From Dehalococcoidia bacterium (GTDB lineage: Bacteria; Chloroflexota; Dehalococcoidia; GIF9; UBA5629), in NCBI GenBank assembly GCA_050011565.1, contig JBEKIW010000002.1, positions 320,001 to 384,000 of the forward strand: a DNA stretch of 64,000 nucleotides, in the 5' to 3' direction. Positions 18,299 to 30,435 of this stretch are shown piece by piece. Each line of letters begins with the position of its first letter. Position 1 is the first letter of the stretch. The notes below the pieces were generated by a model. The model was not told where the DNA came from, did no database searches, and saw nothing but the letters and a program-made list of their open reading frames with translations. Made by a program: the position numbers and the translations under genes.

Positions 18299-19057
18299 AT
18301 GATTACAAAATATAAATATGTTTCTTCTGTGGCGCTTGTGTTTTTCGCTGTGCTCATGATTGGCGCCGTGGGATGTGCACCAGTTTCAGAAAGTGCGCCA
18401 ATTGCACTGCAGACAGAGCTAGATAAGGCTAACGCCGAATTGACTAAGCTTAGGGCTGAATTGGAGAAGGCGCGAACTGAGGTTGCGGATACAAAGACTG
18501 CTCCTCTCGAGGAACTACTGCGTCAGCGGCGGTCAACGAGGGAGTATGCGGATTCACCTCTAACCAAATACGAAGTAATGAAGCTGTTGTGGGCTGCGCA
18601 GGGGATAACTGATGGCCGCGGTTTTCGAACTGCACCTTCGGCTGGCGCGCTTTACCCTCTTGAGATATATCTAGTAGCTGGCAATGTGGACAACATGGCA
18701 CCTGGCATCTATAAATATAATCCGGTGGAGAACAACCTGACACTTGTCAAGGAGGGAGATGTCCGGGCTAGCCTAGCAGCGGCATCGCTTGGTCAGGGAA
18801 GTGTGGCGAATGGAGCTATAAACATTGTAATCACTGCCGTCTATGAGCGGACAGAAGTCAAATATGGCGCCAGAGGCGAAAGATATGTTCACATCGAGGT
18901 TGGCCATGTTGCCCAGAATATCTGCCTTGAGGCAACCGCTTTAGGGTTGGGGCTGGTGACAATCGGTGCCTTTGATGATGCTGCGGTATCCAAGGTTATC
19001 AGTATGTCTCAGGGTGAATCGCCTGTATATGTGATGCCGGTGGGCAGAATAAAATAG
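18299..19057 (+). CDS. SagB/ThcOx-type nitroreductase-family protein with lipoprotein signal
   Basis: RRSTREY, LLWAAQG, RTAPSAGALYP, E.GH.AQN..L.A; N-terminal hydrophobic stretch ending AVGC. Confidence 0.88.
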   Translation: MITKYKYVSSVALVFFAVLMIGAVGCAPVSESAPIALQTELDKANAELTKLRAELEKARTEVADTKTAPLEELLRQRRSTREYADSPLTKYEVMKLLWAAQGITDGRGFRTAPSAGALYPLEIYLVAGNVDNMAPGIYKYNPVENNLTLVKEGDVRASLAAASLGQGSVANGAINIVITAVYERTEVKYGARGERYVHIEVGHVAQNICLEATALGLGLVTIGAFDDAAVSKVISMSQGESPVYVMPVGRIK

Positions 19058-19078
19058 GGCGACCTTTTGGGTCGCCCT
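19056..19078. terminator. Hairpin terminator/REP-like
   Basis: agggcgacc-ttttg-ggtcgccct. Confidence 0.7.
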
Positions 19079-19224
19079 CGATATATACGTGTTACTGTAG
19101 AGAGCTTCGCAACTTTCATCTCCGCCTCCTGGAGCTGATTGGTTTATCCCAGGCTGGGCTGTTAGCGATTATCCAGGATTGCTTGAATTGGAGATTTAGT
19201 TAATGCTTCGTTGGCTGGCTGTAC

Positions 19225-20454
19225 TCATCTATGGTTACTGCGCCTATTTGAGGTAGAAGGCTTATTTTGGCTGGGGCTGGCAGGGCTTGGGGCCGTATTG
19301 TTATCGCTTTGGATGGTAGTCTGGCTGGTACCTCCGGTACCTGTATTTCCCTGGTTCTGAGTTACATTATCGCTCTTGGAGGTGGTGTCCTTATCGCCCG
19401 ACCAGCTTTTTATGTTATCGAGAGCTTTCTGCCAATCATCTTTAGCTGGCTCCGCTGCCTTTTCCTTGGCACCTTGCAAAGCTGTTACGCCCTTTGAGGT
19501 GCTTTTATTTAAAGATATTATCAGTTTTTCAGTCTTGGCAGATTTACCTTTATCACGCGTGGCAGTTGGCGGCGGCTGCGTTTCCGTGGATGGGGGCGTA
19601 GTAATCGCAGGCGGCGTGGTATTCTCGGTCGGCGTTATAACCGCAGGCGGCGTAGTAGTTGTAGTCGGCGTGGTATTCTCGGTCGGCGTTATAACCGCAG
19701 GCGGCGTAGTAGTTGTAGTCGGCGTGGTATTCTCGGTCGGCGTTATAACCGCAGGAGGTGGGGTAATCGCAGGCGGCGTAGTAACCACAGGCGGCGTAGT
19801 AACCACAGGCGGCGTGGTAACCACAGGCGGCAATGTCGCGGTAGGAGGTACAATAACTGGCGGGGGCTCGGTACCTTCTGTCTTGATTATGGCGGCCATA
19901 GCCTTTTCAAACTGGTCATTATACCTGTCGGCTGCCTTGGCAGCCTCCTCGGTCTTACCCGCATTGGCCATGGCTTCCAATTCGGCAGCCCTAATATTGG
20001 CCAGTTCGGTTTCAACTTGAGCTTTTTGGGTATCGGAAACCGCAAGTGCCACCCGCACCTGTTCCGTTGCCAGCTTTACCGGGTAGAGTGGTTGGTCAGG
20101 TAACGCCTGTGACGAGGCCGCCATAGTGCTGCCGGTGGTCAGCAGGAGTACAATGCCAGCACTTACAGCTACCGCCCAGCCATGCCGCAGCCATGTGGAA
20201 GCGGCGGGAGTTTCGGCCCTGGCTTGTTGCCGTGGATAACGCTGCGCTGATTCAATACGTACTTGCGCCCAGTGTTTAAATTCAGGGCGAGGGTGGATAT
20301 AGGAAATCCTCCGGCCTATGTCGAAGGTGGTTCTAAGCAGCGGCTCGAGCTGCGCACGATATTGCGGATAGCTCCTGAGGCAGCTCTCAAGGCTTTCGCC
20401 CGAGCGTATCCGCTCATAGCATTCATTGAATATATCGTCTAATTTACTAGCCAT
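19225..20454 (-). CDS. Putative anti-sigma factor (DUF5667-like) with Pro/Thr-rich repeats
   Basis: Overlaps the ECF sigma stop; N-terminal LESCL..YP.....LEPLL; one TM; ALPDQPLYPVKLATE. Confidence 0.8.
   Translation of the reverse strand: MASKLDDIFNECYERIRSGESLESCLRSYPQYRAQLEPLLRTTFDIGRRISYIHPRPEFKHWAQVRIESAQRYPRQQARAETPAASTWLRHGWAVAVSAGIVLLLTTGSTMAASSQALPDQPLYPVKLATEQVRVALAVSDTQKAQVETELANIRAAELEAMANAGKTEEAAKAADRYNDQFEKAMAAIIKTEGTEPPPVIVPPTATLPPVVTTPPVVTTPPVVTTPPAITPPPAVITPTENTTPTTTTTPPAVITPTENTTPTTTTTPPAVITPTENTTPPAITTPPSTETQPPPTATRDKGKSAKTEKLIISLNKSTSKGVTALQGAKEKAAEPAKDDWQKALDNIKSWSGDKDTTSKSDNVTQNQGNTGTGGTSQTTIQSDNNTAPSPASPSQNKPSTSNRRSNHR
19612..19830 (-). repeat. Coding tandem repeats (54-bp unit ~2.7x; 18-bp unit 3x)
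   Basis: PPAVITPTENTTPTTTTT with 54-bp period (attctc at 19621 and 19675); PPVVTT x3. Confidence 0.85.
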
Positions 20455-20989
20455 CTAATTTTCCGTAAAGTGCCTTTCTTAATGAAGCCGTGGCATTGAA
20501 CTGCAATGCCTTGACTGTCCCCTCGCTTTTGCCCAGTGTTCTGGCTACCTCGGCAATCGATAATTGCCCTATAAAACGCAGGGTGGCAACATCTCGCTGG
20601 GCCTCCGGCAACTGTTCCAGTGCTACTTTCAGCTGATAAACTTCATAATCCCTTTCTGTCATCTGTATCGGGTCTTCCACACTCCTGGTATAAGCTTCCT
20701 CGAGTGGGGCTCTTTTCTCCTTTGACTGTTTCCGTACATGGTCAATTACCCTGTTATGAGCGATCTTGAATAGCCAGGCGGCAAATGGCAGATCGCGCCA
20801 TTTGTAAGTATTAATCGATTCCAGGGCTCTGATGAATACATCTTGAGTTAAATCCTCAGCCTCGGCTCGATCTCTGACTTTAATATAGATGTATCGATGT
20901 ATTCTGTCAAAGTTCTGGTTGTATAGCTGGGTAAAGGCCGCTTGATTACCATTTACTGCCTGCTGTACTAAATATTCTTCACTTAACAC
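20447..20989 (-). CDS. ECF RNA polymerase sigma factor
   Basis: AF..LY, AEDLTQDVF, FAAWLFKIAHN, L.E.QR...L.IAEVA..LGKSEGTVK; start set to GTG 20989. Confidence 0.92.
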   Translation of the reverse strand: MLSEEYLVQQAVNGNQAAFTQLYNQNFDRIHRYIYIKVRDRAEAEDLTQDVFIRALESINTYKWRDLPFAAWLFKIAHNRVIDHVRKQSKEKRAPLEEAYTRSVEDPIQMTERDYEVYQLKVALEQLPEAQRDVATLRFIGQLSIAEVARTLGKSEGTVKALQFNATASLRKALYGKLDG

Positions 20990-21162
20990 CAGGAGGACCT
21001 CTGGCCTGGCGTCTATTATAATAGAACGTAATATATAAGGAAAACGTTTAGGTGAATTCAGCTTTGAACCAAGGACTTTTGTTCGGAAGCTGGTGGCTCC
21101 GACGAAGCTGGTTGACATACGGGAATATTTTCTGCACAATTCGCGCGAAGGGAGAGGTCAAA

Positions 21163-21930
21163 ATGCATGATTGGGCTGAGCTAGGTACAGAATTGGAGAA
21201 CAAATTGCGTCTCAAGACAAAGATTATTGCCTACCGAAGATTCGATAAAGCTGAGGAACTTGACACAATAAAGAACGTTATAAGAATCGATCGGTTTTTC
21301 ACCTTCTGCCAGGTTCCTTTTATGGTGAGGGTTAATGGCATTACGGTGGGCATCACCAGGGAGGATAAGATACAAGATCGATGCTCCAGGCTTTTCGGTC
21401 TGAAGCAAGCTACTGAGAAAAGCATGAATGCCGAGGCAGCTATGCTGTCCACCACCTGGTTTCGCTCACCTGAAGAAGCTTTGCAGCAACAGGGCGATTA
21501 TTATCGTATTCCTGTCGGCGGCGCTGTAGTCCTGGCTCCTTTGACGAAGCAGAAATTTGAGCCAGAAGTTCTTCTCATCTACGGTAATCCAGCCCAGATA
21601 ATGATGATTCTGTGCGGTCTCCAGAAAGTAAAGTACGAACGCTTCTCGTTCTCGTTCATCGGCGAAGGGGCTTGCACCGATTCACTGGCCCAATGCTATG
21701 TCACCGGCAAACCAGCGGTGAGCATACCATGCTATGGTGAGAGATCCATGGGTGGTGTGTCAGATGATGAGATAGCGATAGCCCTGCCCCCTAGCGAGTT
21801 AGCGCGGACCATTTCAGGATTGAAGGAACTTGCCAAAATAGGGTTCAAATACCCGATTAACTCCATAGGACCTTTGCTCGACCCTACTCCATTACTGAGT
21901 GGCATATATTCTGAGACTGCTAAGCGCTGA
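21163..21930 (+). CDS. DUF169-family protein
   Basis: TFCQ, PL....FEP.V..IYGNPAQ.M, GAC, S.PCYGER. Confidence 0.8.
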   Translation: MHDWAELGTELENKLRLKTKIIAYRRFDKAEELDTIKNVIRIDRFFTFCQVPFMVRVNGITVGITREDKIQDRCSRLFGLKQATEKSMNAEAAMLSTTWFRSPEEALQQQGDYYRIPVGGAVVLAPLTKQKFEPEVLLIYGNPAQIMMILCGLQKVKYERFSFSFIGEGACTDSLAQCYVTGKPAVSIPCYGERSMGGVSDDEIAIALPPSELARTISGLKELAKIGFKYPINSIGPLLDPTPLLSGIYSETAKR

Positions 21931-21979
21931 TAAAACAAGCTTAAACGTCAGCGATACATGCTGTGTCCGGTTGGCTACT

Positions 21980-22993
<1,014 letters not shown>

Positions 22994-23021
22994 TTATTCC
23001 TCCTGCTTTTATTGTAATACG

Positions 23022-23432
23022 TTAGCCATTTTTCTTCTTATAACTGGCCGTGATTTTCGTGCCAATGCCGCCTCTTACATTCCACGCTGCCGTTATCTCC
23101 ATCCCTTTCGGCTTCACGGCATTGACCAGTTCGTCAAGTATCCGGTTGGTCGCCTCTTCAAAAAATATTTCCACCATCCTATAGCTGGCCAGATAGAATT
23201 TCAGCGACTTTAACTCGATTATCTGCTTATCGGGGACATATTTTATGGTAAGCGTGGCATAGTCGGGCTGTCCCGGATTAAGCGGGCAAAGAGTGGTGAA
23301 TTCGCTGGTAACCATTTCCTCCTCATACGACCTGTCGGGGTAAGGATTGGGCATGGCTACCAAAAGCTCTTTTTGAGGATAAGATTTATATTTGAGCTTG
23401 AGGCTTCGAACCTTCTTTTTAACGTCGTCCAA
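23022..23432 (-). CDS. queF: PreQ0 (7-cyano-7-deazaguanine) reductase, monomodular
   Basis: EFTTLCP...QPDYA, ELKSLKFYL, RGGI; TTG start after GGAGG. Confidence 0.85.
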   Translation of the reverse strand: MDDVKKKVRSLKLKYKSYPQKELLVAMPNPYPDRSYEEEMVTSEFTTLCPLNPGQPDYATLTIKYVPDKQIIELKSLKFYLASYRMVEIFFEEATNRILDELVNAVKPKGMEITAAWNVRGGIGTKITASYKKKNG

Positions 23433-23436
23433 TGTT

Positions 23437-24429
23437 CTAACCTCCTGCCCAATAGAGGTCGACATTCTCTTTGACTACTTTCTCCGCCTTGCTTTCGATC
23501 ACAAGTAGCTTGAGGTGAGCCAGTGTCTCCATAACGGCCAGTCGCTTATCAAAGGCGGATAGCTTGTTAAAAGGAACTGACTCGCCGCCTGGCATCCACG
23601 GGATCTCGGTAGCTATCTGATAGGCGCTCTTGGTGTCGTTCTCTATGATTCTAATTATGGCCCGCTGCCGCTGTTCGTGATAATAGTATAATTCGCCGAG
23701 CCTTAGCTTGAAGCCGCTGAAAACAGAACCGTGGCCGGGGAAAATAAAGTTGACCTCCAGCTTACTCAGCGCCTCTAATGATTTAAAAAAGTCGCCCAGC
23801 GGATTGTCTCCTGATTGCGGATGAAAACCGACGTGAGGAAATATATCCGGCAGTATGTGGTCGCCCGAAAAGAAGAGCTTTCGTTTCGGCTCATAGAGGC
23901 AAATATGTCCCGGCGAATGTCCCGGGGTCAGCACTACCTTGAACTCTGAAGAGGCAACTGTGATTTTGTCGCCGTCTTTCAGTATGATATCGGGCTTAAC
24001 CACTCCTACGAATTGCTTCACCGCCATGGAGGCTTCGGCCAGTTCAGTTAAGTCTGCCTCAGGTACACCATTGGATACCAAAAGCTGCTTTACCTGCTTT
24101 ATCAGTGCATCGGTTTTTCCGTACCGCGAATCAATAAATTTTGCCTCAATATCGCTAAGCGCCACCTTGGCGCCGGACATCTGTTTAAGCTTATCCACCA
24201 GGCCGTAATGGTCAGGGTGGACGTGAGTAGCTGCAATCACGGTGATATCTTTAAATCCGAAGCCGCTGAATTTGAGGGCATCTCTCAAAGCGCCAAAGGC
24301 CTCAGGCGTGTCAAAGCCGGTATCAATCAGCAAATTACCCTGGGTGCCTTCTATCAGGTATATGTTCATGTGGTCTAAGGCTCCCGGTAGCGGTACTTTT
24401 ATCTGATGGACTCCCTGGACTATTTCCAT
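23437..24429 (-). CDS. Metallo-beta-lactamase-fold hydrolase with C-terminal winged helix
   Basis: THVHPDH, TPGHSPGH, SGDH, PGHG, ETLAHL. Confidence 0.88.
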   Translation of the reverse strand: MEIVQGVHQIKVPLPGALDHMNIYLIEGTQGNLLIDTGFDTPEAFGALRDALKFSGFGFKDITVIAATHVHPDHYGLVDKLKQMSGAKVALSDIEAKFIDSRYGKTDALIKQVKQLLVSNGVPEADLTELAEASMAVKQFVGVVKPDIILKDGDKITVASSEFKVVLTPGHSPGHICLYEPKRKLFFSGDHILPDIFPHVGFHPQSGDNPLGDFFKSLEALSKLEVNFIFPGHGSVFSGFKLRLGELYYYHEQRQRAIIRIIENDTKSAYQIATEIPWMPGGESVPFNKLSAFDKRLAVMETLAHLKLLVIESKAEKVVKENVDLYWAGG

Positions 24430-24438
24430 TTTGCCCCC

Positions 24439-26275
<1,837 letters not shown>

Positions 26276-26400
26276 TATATCATTGGAGTCTGGCAGCGGC
26301 AAAGAGGCTGCACCACAACCGGGAAATTGCTAATCAGTTAATGGAGGAGTAAAATTCGGCAGTGCCTGAATGGCGCTTGATGCAGAAATTGGAGGGTAAA

Positions 26401-26913
26401 GTGTTTAAATTTGGCCGTATTACGTTGATAGTTATCTTGCTTATGGCCGTGGTTCTAACGGGATGCAATTCGGCATCCACTGGCGGCGGAGCCAAGAACG
26501 GCGATACCGTTCAGGTGAACTATACGGGAAAGCTGGCAGACGGCACCGTATTTGATTCATCGGTGGGACGTGACCCCTTGGAGTTTACTTTAGGTGCAGG
26601 TAATATGATTCCCGGGTTTGAAAAAGCTGTCCTGGGAATGAAAGTCGGGGAAAAGAAAACCGTTACCATCCCATCGGATGAGGCTTATGGGCCACATCTT
26701 GACGAGCTGGTGATAGGAGTGAGCCGGGACAGACTTCCCGCCGACACAGAGCCAAAGGTCGGCCAGATGTTGAGTGCGACCGGACAGAATGGCGAGGCAA
26801 TTAGATTTACTATCACCGGCATCTCTGACAACGGTACAGTCACCCTGGATGCTAACCATCCTCTTGCCGGCAAAGACCTGACTTTTGATATCGAGCTGGT
26901 GAAGATAAAATAA
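26401..26913 (+). CDS. FKBP-type peptidyl-prolyl isomerase (SlyD-like) with lipoprotein signal
   Basis: VNYTGKLADGTVFDSS, IPGFE, DANHPLAGKDLTFDIE; lipobox VLTGC. Confidence 0.9.
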   Translation: MFKFGRITLIVILLMAVVLTGCNSASTGGGAKNGDTVQVNYTGKLADGTVFDSSVGRDPLEFTLGAGNMIPGFEKAVLGMKVGEKKTVTIPSDEAYGPHLDELVIGVSRDRLPADTEPKVGQMLSATGQNGEAIRFTITGISDNGTVTLDANHPLAGKDLTFDIELVKIK

Positions 26914-27053
26914 AGCCAACATAAAAGATAGTGAATAAACAAAACGATTTGCTGTTTTGTTAGCATAGCCAGTTAATGCTATTTTCACGATGCTTTGTCT
27001 GTATGCACTCTAAAAAACATTAATTTTTGAGGTAATACGGAAGGAGTCATTAA

Positions 27054-27221
27054 GTGACGGAAGAAAGCAAACATAGTGTGCATCATACGGCATCGAGCCT
27101 TGCTGGAACTGTTTGGTTCATGGGCTGGCTATTCACTATTGGTTATGCCAATCTGATTTGGTGGAAAATTATACTGGCTGTGGTTGTCTGGCCATACTAC
27201 CTGGGGCTAGCAATACGATAG
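27054..27221 (+). CDS. Small two-TM membrane protein (55 aa; not in ORF track)
   Basis: AAGGAG RBS + GTG; MTEESKHSVHHTASSLAGTVWFMGWLFTIGYANLIWWKIILAVVVWPYYLGLAIR. Confidence 0.75.
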   Translation: MTEESKHSVHHTASSLAGTVWFMGWLFTIGYANLIWWKIILAVVVWPYYLGLAIR

Positions 27222-27232
27222 ACAGCTCGTAT

Positions 27233-27814
27233 TCAGTTAAACTTGTTCATGGCGGCGGTTATGCCGTCGGTCAGGATGGACTGGATGGCTTTGGCTACCT
27301 GGGCGATGGCGGCCTTGATTATATCGTCTTCTCGAGGGGTGAAGTCGCTGAGCACGTAGTTGACAATAGCGTCCTCATCGGTGATTGCCGTGCCGTCTTC
27401 TTCGGTCGGGCGGCCGATGCCTACCTTGATGCGGCAGAAATCTTTGCTTCCCAGAGCCGAGATTATCGAGTTTATCCCTTTGTGTCCCCCAGCGCTACCA
27501 CCGGGGCGGAGGCGCAGCCTGCCCAAGGGCAAATCGAGGTCATCACATATAACAATCAGGTCGTTTACCTGGATTTTGTATTTGCGCATCAGTCGCCCAA
27601 CCGCCTCACCGCTTAGATTGACGAAGGTCTTGGGTTTAGCCAGCAGTACTTCCACGCCGGCTATTTTACCGCTGCCGACTTGAGACTGGCACTGGTGCCC
27701 TTTCATGGATATGGAATGGAGCCTGGCCAGATGGTTTATGCAGCGGAAGCCGATATTGTGGCGGTTACCGGCATAAATGCTGCCCGGATTGCCCAGACCT
27801 ACAATTAGTTTCAA
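27233..27814 (-). CDS. pth: Peptidyl-tRNA hydrolase
   Basis: LIVGLGNPG, RHNIGF, KPKTFVNLSG, GGH.G. Confidence 0.95.
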   Translation of the reverse strand: MKLIVGLGNPGSIYAGNRHNIGFRCINHLARLHSISMKGHQCQSQVGSGKIAGVEVLLAKPKTFVNLSGEAVGRLMRKYKIQVNDLIVICDDLDLPLGRLRLRPGGSAGGHKGINSIISALGSKDFCRIKVGIGRPTEEDGTAITDEDAIVNYVLSDFTPREDDIIKAAIAQVAKAIQSILTDGITAAMNKFN

Positions 27815-27823
27815 TTTTGTGCA

Positions 27824-27853
27824 CCCCTCACCCTGCCCTCTCCCCTTGTCAAG
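27824..27853 (+). repeat. Left half of REP-like palindrome including target duplication CTTGTCAAG (27845-27853)
   Basis: acccctcaccctgccctctccc-cttgtcaag; the right half cttgtcaag-gggagaggg is at 31242-31259. Confidence 0.85.
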
Positions 27854-28207
27854 TAGCCCCGTGCATAATGTTATGTCAATAATACCTGAAACGAGGAGAG
27901 AAGATGATTAATAATACCAGATGTTGCCGACTTTGGGCTAGGTTCTCAATACAATAGCTTAGGGATGTGCGAAACTACATTCGAAACTCACTTATGATCC
28001 ATATTAGTATTACGTACCTCAATACTTTCGATAGTATATTTGAGCGTTCTATAAAGCATATCTAAATCCTCTATAAATTCATTCACCTATTGTAAGATAC
28101 CTTTATTTGACATTATGTAAAGAGTACTCTTGACTTATGCCAAATCTTAATTTACTATAGACTCTAAATCAAAGCCACAAAAAGCAATTAAGCTGAAGAG
28201 ATCATAC

Positions 28208-29872
28208 ATGGTAGAACAGTTCTCGGTTTTCCAAATGCGCAGCACTACAGACTGGGAAAGTCTAGTAAGGTTCTTATTGAAGAACGGGACACCCGCCGTC
28301 TCAACTAACCTAAGACCTGCTATTGAGATCTTTAATCTTTTACGTCTTCGTGGGTGTCTCTCAGTTATAATTGAAGATCCTTATTTGGATGAAGATCACC
28401 GACGGTGTCATGCTCGGCTGCATAATCTTGCCCAGTCAGCCATGTCGCGATATTGTAGGCGACTGCATTTTTTCTCCAAAGAAGTGCAACTATCTGACCT
28501 AAGAAATCTACCTGAGACTTGTCACAAACAATACATGGGGATGTGTGTATGGAGACCCATCAATGCTTTCCCCGTTGGACGTACAATCTTATCTGCCAAA
28601 AACGTAATTGCACCAGTAGGCAAAAATTGGGAACCATACCTAACGTGTAGTACGAAATATGAAATAAATATGGCAGGCAACATATTGGCAGTAAATGGAT
28701 CGCCGTTTATCCAACAGGATCACATGGTTGCAGCTTGTGCTACTGCAGCTATATGGATGGCAAACTGGTATATGAGTACTCAGTATGATGAGTTCACTAC
28801 ATACTATAGCCCACAAATAACCGAAGCAGCGACACGCTATGATCTCTCTTTTGGGCGGGCTATTCCTTCGGAAGGGTTACATAATGGACAGATACTAGAA
28901 GCTTTCAGGGCACTTGGTTATGATCCTATTGCATATGATTTACTCAAAACTTCCGCTACTGTTTCTAGACGTCTACTCTATAGATTAGTGGAAAGCGGAA
29001 TCCCCACGGTAGCTGGGCTTGTTGAACCGGAGGGTGGGCATGCTATCACCGTTTTCGGACATGCATTAGACATGGATATTGACCCGCCACTCCATACGTT
29101 TCCCGAAAGATCACGTTCAATTAGGGCTGTAAAATATATTGACTCATCTGACTATAGCCAAGCCTTCCTAGTTAACGATGATGCAATGGGGCCTTATCGT
29201 TGGATGGAATTAAAAGATACAAACGAGATAACGGAAGAGAACTTAAGAGGGATTTACCCAACTAGTCGTAGCCTCAATGCAGCAAAACGTTTCCTCGATG
29301 AGCTTGCTAGTAGAGACATCACTACTACTGCGATATTCAGTAACAGCTCCGGTCAACCGGAATTCATTGCGGGGATTGATTTTCTTGCTGCACCATTGCC
29401 GACTGCTATTACATTATCACCAAAGGACGCCCAAGATAAAGCGTTAGCAGTATTTCACACTCTAATACCTAGTGATTCGGGAACCCTTCCGACGCTTGCT
29501 GTACGCACCTATCTTACAGAATCCAATACATTCAAAGAACACATCGGCAAGGTAGCCAACCCGAACTCAGATTTTGCATGGTGGTTACGTAGCTTGTATT
29601 ACCCAAAATGGATCTGGGTCACGGAATTCAGCACTTATCAAAATAATAGAACCCCAATAGGCCGACAGGTGGTTGCATCTATCGTGATAGATTCCTCTGC
29701 ACCACGTGACACCTTGCATTTTGTTTTAGTGCATATTGGTGGCTGGGTTATTCATATAAGCAAAGATCAACAGAATGTGATACAAGTTGTTAAAGATATG
29801 GCAATGAATAGGCTTCCACTTTTAATTGACAATAACTTCGTCCCTTACGTTCAACTAGAGAGAAAAAATTAG
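28208..29872 (+). CDS. Large papain-like (C39-like) cysteine peptidase, uncharacterised family
   Basis: PFIQQDHMVAACATAAIW (Gln/Cys), GGHAITVFGH (His), FLVNDD (Asn/Asp) in papain order. Confidence 0.7.
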   Translation: MVEQFSVFQMRSTTDWESLVRFLLKNGTPAVSTNLRPAIEIFNLLRLRGCLSVIIEDPYLDEDHRRCHARLHNLAQSAMSRYCRRLHFFSKEVQLSDLRNLPETCHKQYMGMCVWRPINAFPVGRTILSAKNVIAPVGKNWEPYLTCSTKYEINMAGNILAVNGSPFIQQDHMVAACATAAIWMANWYMSTQYDEFTTYYSPQITEAATRYDLSFGRAIPSEGLHNGQILEAFRALGYDPIAYDLLKTSATVSRRLLYRLVESGIPTVAGLVEPEGGHAITVFGHALDMDIDPPLHTFPERSRSIRAVKYIDSSDYSQAFLVNDDAMGPYRWMELKDTNEITEENLRGIYPTSRSLNAAKRFLDELASRDITTTAIFSNSSGQPEFIAGIDFLAAPLPTAITLSPKDAQDKALAVFHTLIPSDSGTLPTLAVRTYLTESNTFKEHIGKVANPNSDFAWWLRSLYYPKWIWVTEFSTYQNNRTPIGRQVVASIVIDSSAPRDTLHFVLVHIGGWVIHISKDQQNVIQVVKDMAMNRLPLLIDNNFVPYVQLERKN

Positions 29873-29896
29873 CAGGAGACAATTGTCTCCTGCTAA
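29869..29896. terminator. Perfect 28-bp palindrome, bidirectional terminator
   Basis: ttagcaggagacaattgtctcctgctaa between convergent ORFs. Confidence 0.85.
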
Positions 29897-29924
29897 AAGG
29901 TTTCTGCTAATCGCCGTTTGTTTA

Positions 29925-30095
29925 TTACTTTGTGTTAGGACGTCCTAGTGTCTTTGCAGAAACGCCTGTACGTTCTGCTTCTTTGCCCTTATTTGCCACA
30001 CTTAGAGCTTTTAATGCCTTCGTTGCTCTCCTGTCAATTCCCCGCACAATAGCTTTTGGGTCTGGACGATTTAAGACCATTGTAGTTAAAGCCAC
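29925..30095 (-). CDS. Small basic peptide (56 aa; not in ORF track)
   Basis: GAGGTGA RBS + GTG; MALTTMVLNRPDPKAIVRGIDRRATKALKALSVANKGKEAERTGVSAKTLGRPNTK; tandem TAA TAA stops; promoter upstream. Confidence 0.7.
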   Translation of the reverse strand: MALTTMVLNRPDPKAIVRGIDRRATKALKALSVANKGKEAERTGVSAKTLGRPNTK

Positions 30096-30152
30096 AACTC
30101 ACCTCTTTCTGATTTGTTCCTTATTGCCGCTGCCGACACAATTTGCTTTCGT

Positions 30153-30180
30153 ATTATACACCCATTTGTCAAGAGGTCAA
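30153..30180 (-). promoter_or_regulatory. Sigma70-type promoter for the 56-aa peptide
   Basis: Minus strand TTGACC-N16-TATAAT. Confidence 0.6.
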
Positions 30181-30435
30181 GCCCTTCAAATTTGCCAAAA
30201 TCCAAATCTTGTACTTTAGTACTATATTCATGAAATAGGCCAAGGTATTTTACTATTATACACAATAAAATTACAAAAATAATATTTTTTCAAGACTATC
30301 TAATCATACATTGAAGTTGACAAACAACTGATAAGGTGGTAATCTATTATTCTAACCATCTAATATTATATATTAACAAAAAATCATACTTTTGTCAATA
30401 TACACTGGTATAAACGTAAACTGATAAACGTCAAG

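Noticed and set aside
18299-19057. RiPP (azole) cluster suggested by the SagB-type domain
   Set aside because: No YcaO, precursor peptide or transporter is adjacent.
19080-19224. Possible sRNA or short ORF (AGGAGG + ATG on the minus strand) after the anti-sigma gene
   Set aside because: No recognisable RNA family motif; the ORF runs through the terminator into the antisense of the nitroreductase. Not supportable without conservation data.
19612-19830. Regular repeats that could suggest a CRISPR array
   Set aside because: The units are contiguous with no unique spacers, are multiples of 3 and lie within a coding frame; no cas genes are in the window.
29932-30219. 95-aa plus-strand ORF from the track
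   Set aside because: It starts just after the terminator with no RBS and is antisense to the better supported 56-aa minus-strand ORF, which has a promoter and RBS.
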